Shown one piece after another: positions 62,232 through 64,000 of a stretch of DNA of 64,000 bases. Below the pieces are notes generated by a model that was not told the origin of the DNA, made no database searches, and saw only the letters and a program-made list of their open reading frames with translations. Each line of letters begins with the position of its first letter. Position 1 is the stretch's first letter. Source of the DNA: Chiloscyllium plagiosum (lineage: Eukaryota); assembly GCF_004010195.1 (NCBI RefSeq), contig NC_057711.1, forward strand, positions 78,505,613 to 78,569,612, read 5' to 3'. The position numbers and the translations under genes are program-made.

Positions 62232-62383
62232 GACCCAGCAAGACTGAGTCGATAGTGCTCCTCCCAAGACTTGGGTACAGTGGGTCACCCACCCCCTACC
62301 ACGCTCACCAAATCATTTATAATAGTTGTGTAATTTAATTAGTTGTGTAATATTACATTTAAACAATTTAATCCTAAATTCAA

Positions 62384-63241
62384 ATGACTAAAGGGAAGGG
62401 AGCCCGCAGCTCTCAGCAAGCAGGAACCCCTCCCCCACCCTCTCCAGCTGCAGCAGAGGCGTCCACAGCCGCCCCGGGGGACTTACTTACAGTAACAAGC
62501 CTTGCAGAAATGATTTCCAAGCTTGACTCGAAGATCGATGCCTTTATTGCAGAATCCAGAAATCGTTGGGACTCGCTCTTAGCCGCGCTGCAGAAGCAGG
62601 ACCGAGAGATTCAAGAAATTGAACGCCGAGTCGGAGGGGCGGAGCTAAAGGCCGCGACCTCCGAGACTACCGCTCAATCGGCCGTGGATCAGGTCCGGAC
62701 TCTCGAGCAGTGAGTCCGGACCTTGGAAAATCATATTGACGACCTCGATAATCGAGGTCGTCGAAAAAATATTCGTTTGCTGGGCCTTCCCGAACGGGAA
62801 GAGGAAGGCCAGCTTACAGCATTCCTGGAGCAGTGGCTGCCACAGCTTTTAAATCTGCAAGCTGCATCAGGCCAGGTAAGGGTAGAGTGGGCCTACCGGG
62901 TCGCAATATGCGGGCCCGGTTCGAACCAGCGCCCGCGCCCGGTTCTGTTCCGGCTGCAGAGCTACAAGGAGAAGCAGATACTCCTAGAAGCCTCTAGAAA
63001 TCTCGGAAAAGACCCCCAAGCTATGATCTATAAAGGATCCAAGATCATGCTATTTCAGGACTTTTCCCCGGCTCTGGTTCGAAAGAGGAAGGCATTCGAC
63101 GAGGCGAAGAAGCGTTTAAGGGACTTAAATATTCAGTGCTCCTTACGCTACCCAGCGATGTTACGCTTTAACCATGAAGGATTCGTATATAACTTTGGAT
63201 CACCAGAAAAGCCTAAGGAATTCTTGGACTCTCTTAGCTAA
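62384..63241 (+). pseudogene. L1 ORF1p, 285 codons with one premature stop
   Basis: In-frame TGA at 62711-62713, where the left copy has CGA (Arg). Confidence 0.9.
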
Positions 63242-63428
63242 ACTGTAAGACATAATGGATGTTGGTCTGCCTTTACCCCCGCTTCGGTTTATATCCCACC
63301 CCTTTTTTTTCTCTTTTCTCTTACTACTGTTTAATATTATCATGGGGGGTGGGGAGAGGGATTTGATTTTCTCCCCTCCCCCTTGGGGCTGTTTTCTGTT
63401 ATTATTTTATGTATATATGAGGGATGTA

Positions 63429-63440
<12 letters not shown>

Positions 63441-63463
<23 letters not shown>
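63441..63463. repeat. (TA)n microsatellite in the L1 spacer
   Basis: TATATATA run. Confidence 0.9.
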
Positions 63464-63465
<2 letters not shown>

Positions 63466-64000
63466 GCTGGGGGCTTTGGTTAATGTTGGTGGGGGAAGGT
63501 GGTTACCTTATTCAATTTTACCTCTGTCTCTAGGAGCGGAGTTGTTTTCTCCTTGTTATTTTGTATTATTATATTTAATTATTTTTTGTTGAGGTGGTAA
63601 TTTTATAATTATATGTTTATATATGGTATTAACATTACCAAATATACCCAGGTGTTGGTAACGGTGGGGGTAGGGTGCTCACTGTTAACTCTAGCTCTAT
63701 ATTATATTTGAATTCTCCTCATTTTATTGAGGAGTGCCTGGGTCAAGGGTGGGGCATTGGTTGGGAGAGGATATGAGGGACTTTTGGAGAGGAAGTGACG
63801 CCCCCTGGGAACAAGGGGGAAAGTCTCCACTTAGATACGTTTTATATTTTTTTTATTTAGAAATAGTTTTTTACTGTATTGTTGTGGGTGTATTAAAGAG
63901 GCTTTATTTTTGTAAATTTTACATGTTCCACGCTCGGGATGTTCTGGATAGGGTTCCCCCTCCCGAGGGGTCTCGGATTGGCCCAGAGGATTATGGTTGA

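Larger units (their letters stand above)
62212..64000 (+). mobile_element. L1-clade LINE 5' portion (5'UTR, ORF1, long spacer, probable ORF2 ATG at 63993); continues off the right edge
   Basis: GGAGGATCCAAGATGGCGGCG start. Near-identical to 1-1060. GAGGATTATGG context matches GAAGATTATGG at the copy B ORF2 start. Confidence 0.92.

Overview
Eukaryotic, transposon-dense genomic DNA, most likely from a shark or other elasmobranch (inferred from HE1/V-SINE-like SINEs and the CR1, L1 and Penelope repertoire). No host protein-coding gene, rRNA, true tRNA or CRISPR array could be supported. The window is a stack of nested, mostly decayed retroelements: four L1-clade LINE copies (three with a YY1-type motif at the 5' end), many CR1 fragments, two Gmr1-like Gypsy copies, another Gypsy pol relic, RTE and Rex1/Babar fragments, tRNA-derived SINEs, two Tigger-like MITEs and a 989-N assembly gap. 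The most notable items are: (1) at least three families of Penelope-associated minimal hammerhead ribozymes, several in sense/antisense palindromic mini-elements with target-site duplications; (2) a decayed retrovirus-like element (about 54.4-61.5 kb) with a CCHC gag knuckle, an RT resembling spuma/ERV-L/lokiretroviruses, a tether plus a second RNase H, and an integrase; (3) a Ty1/copia relic, probably GalEa-like (about 36.9-41.2 kb). All family assignments come from motifs read by eye and need database confirmation. Boundaries of decayed elements are approximate.
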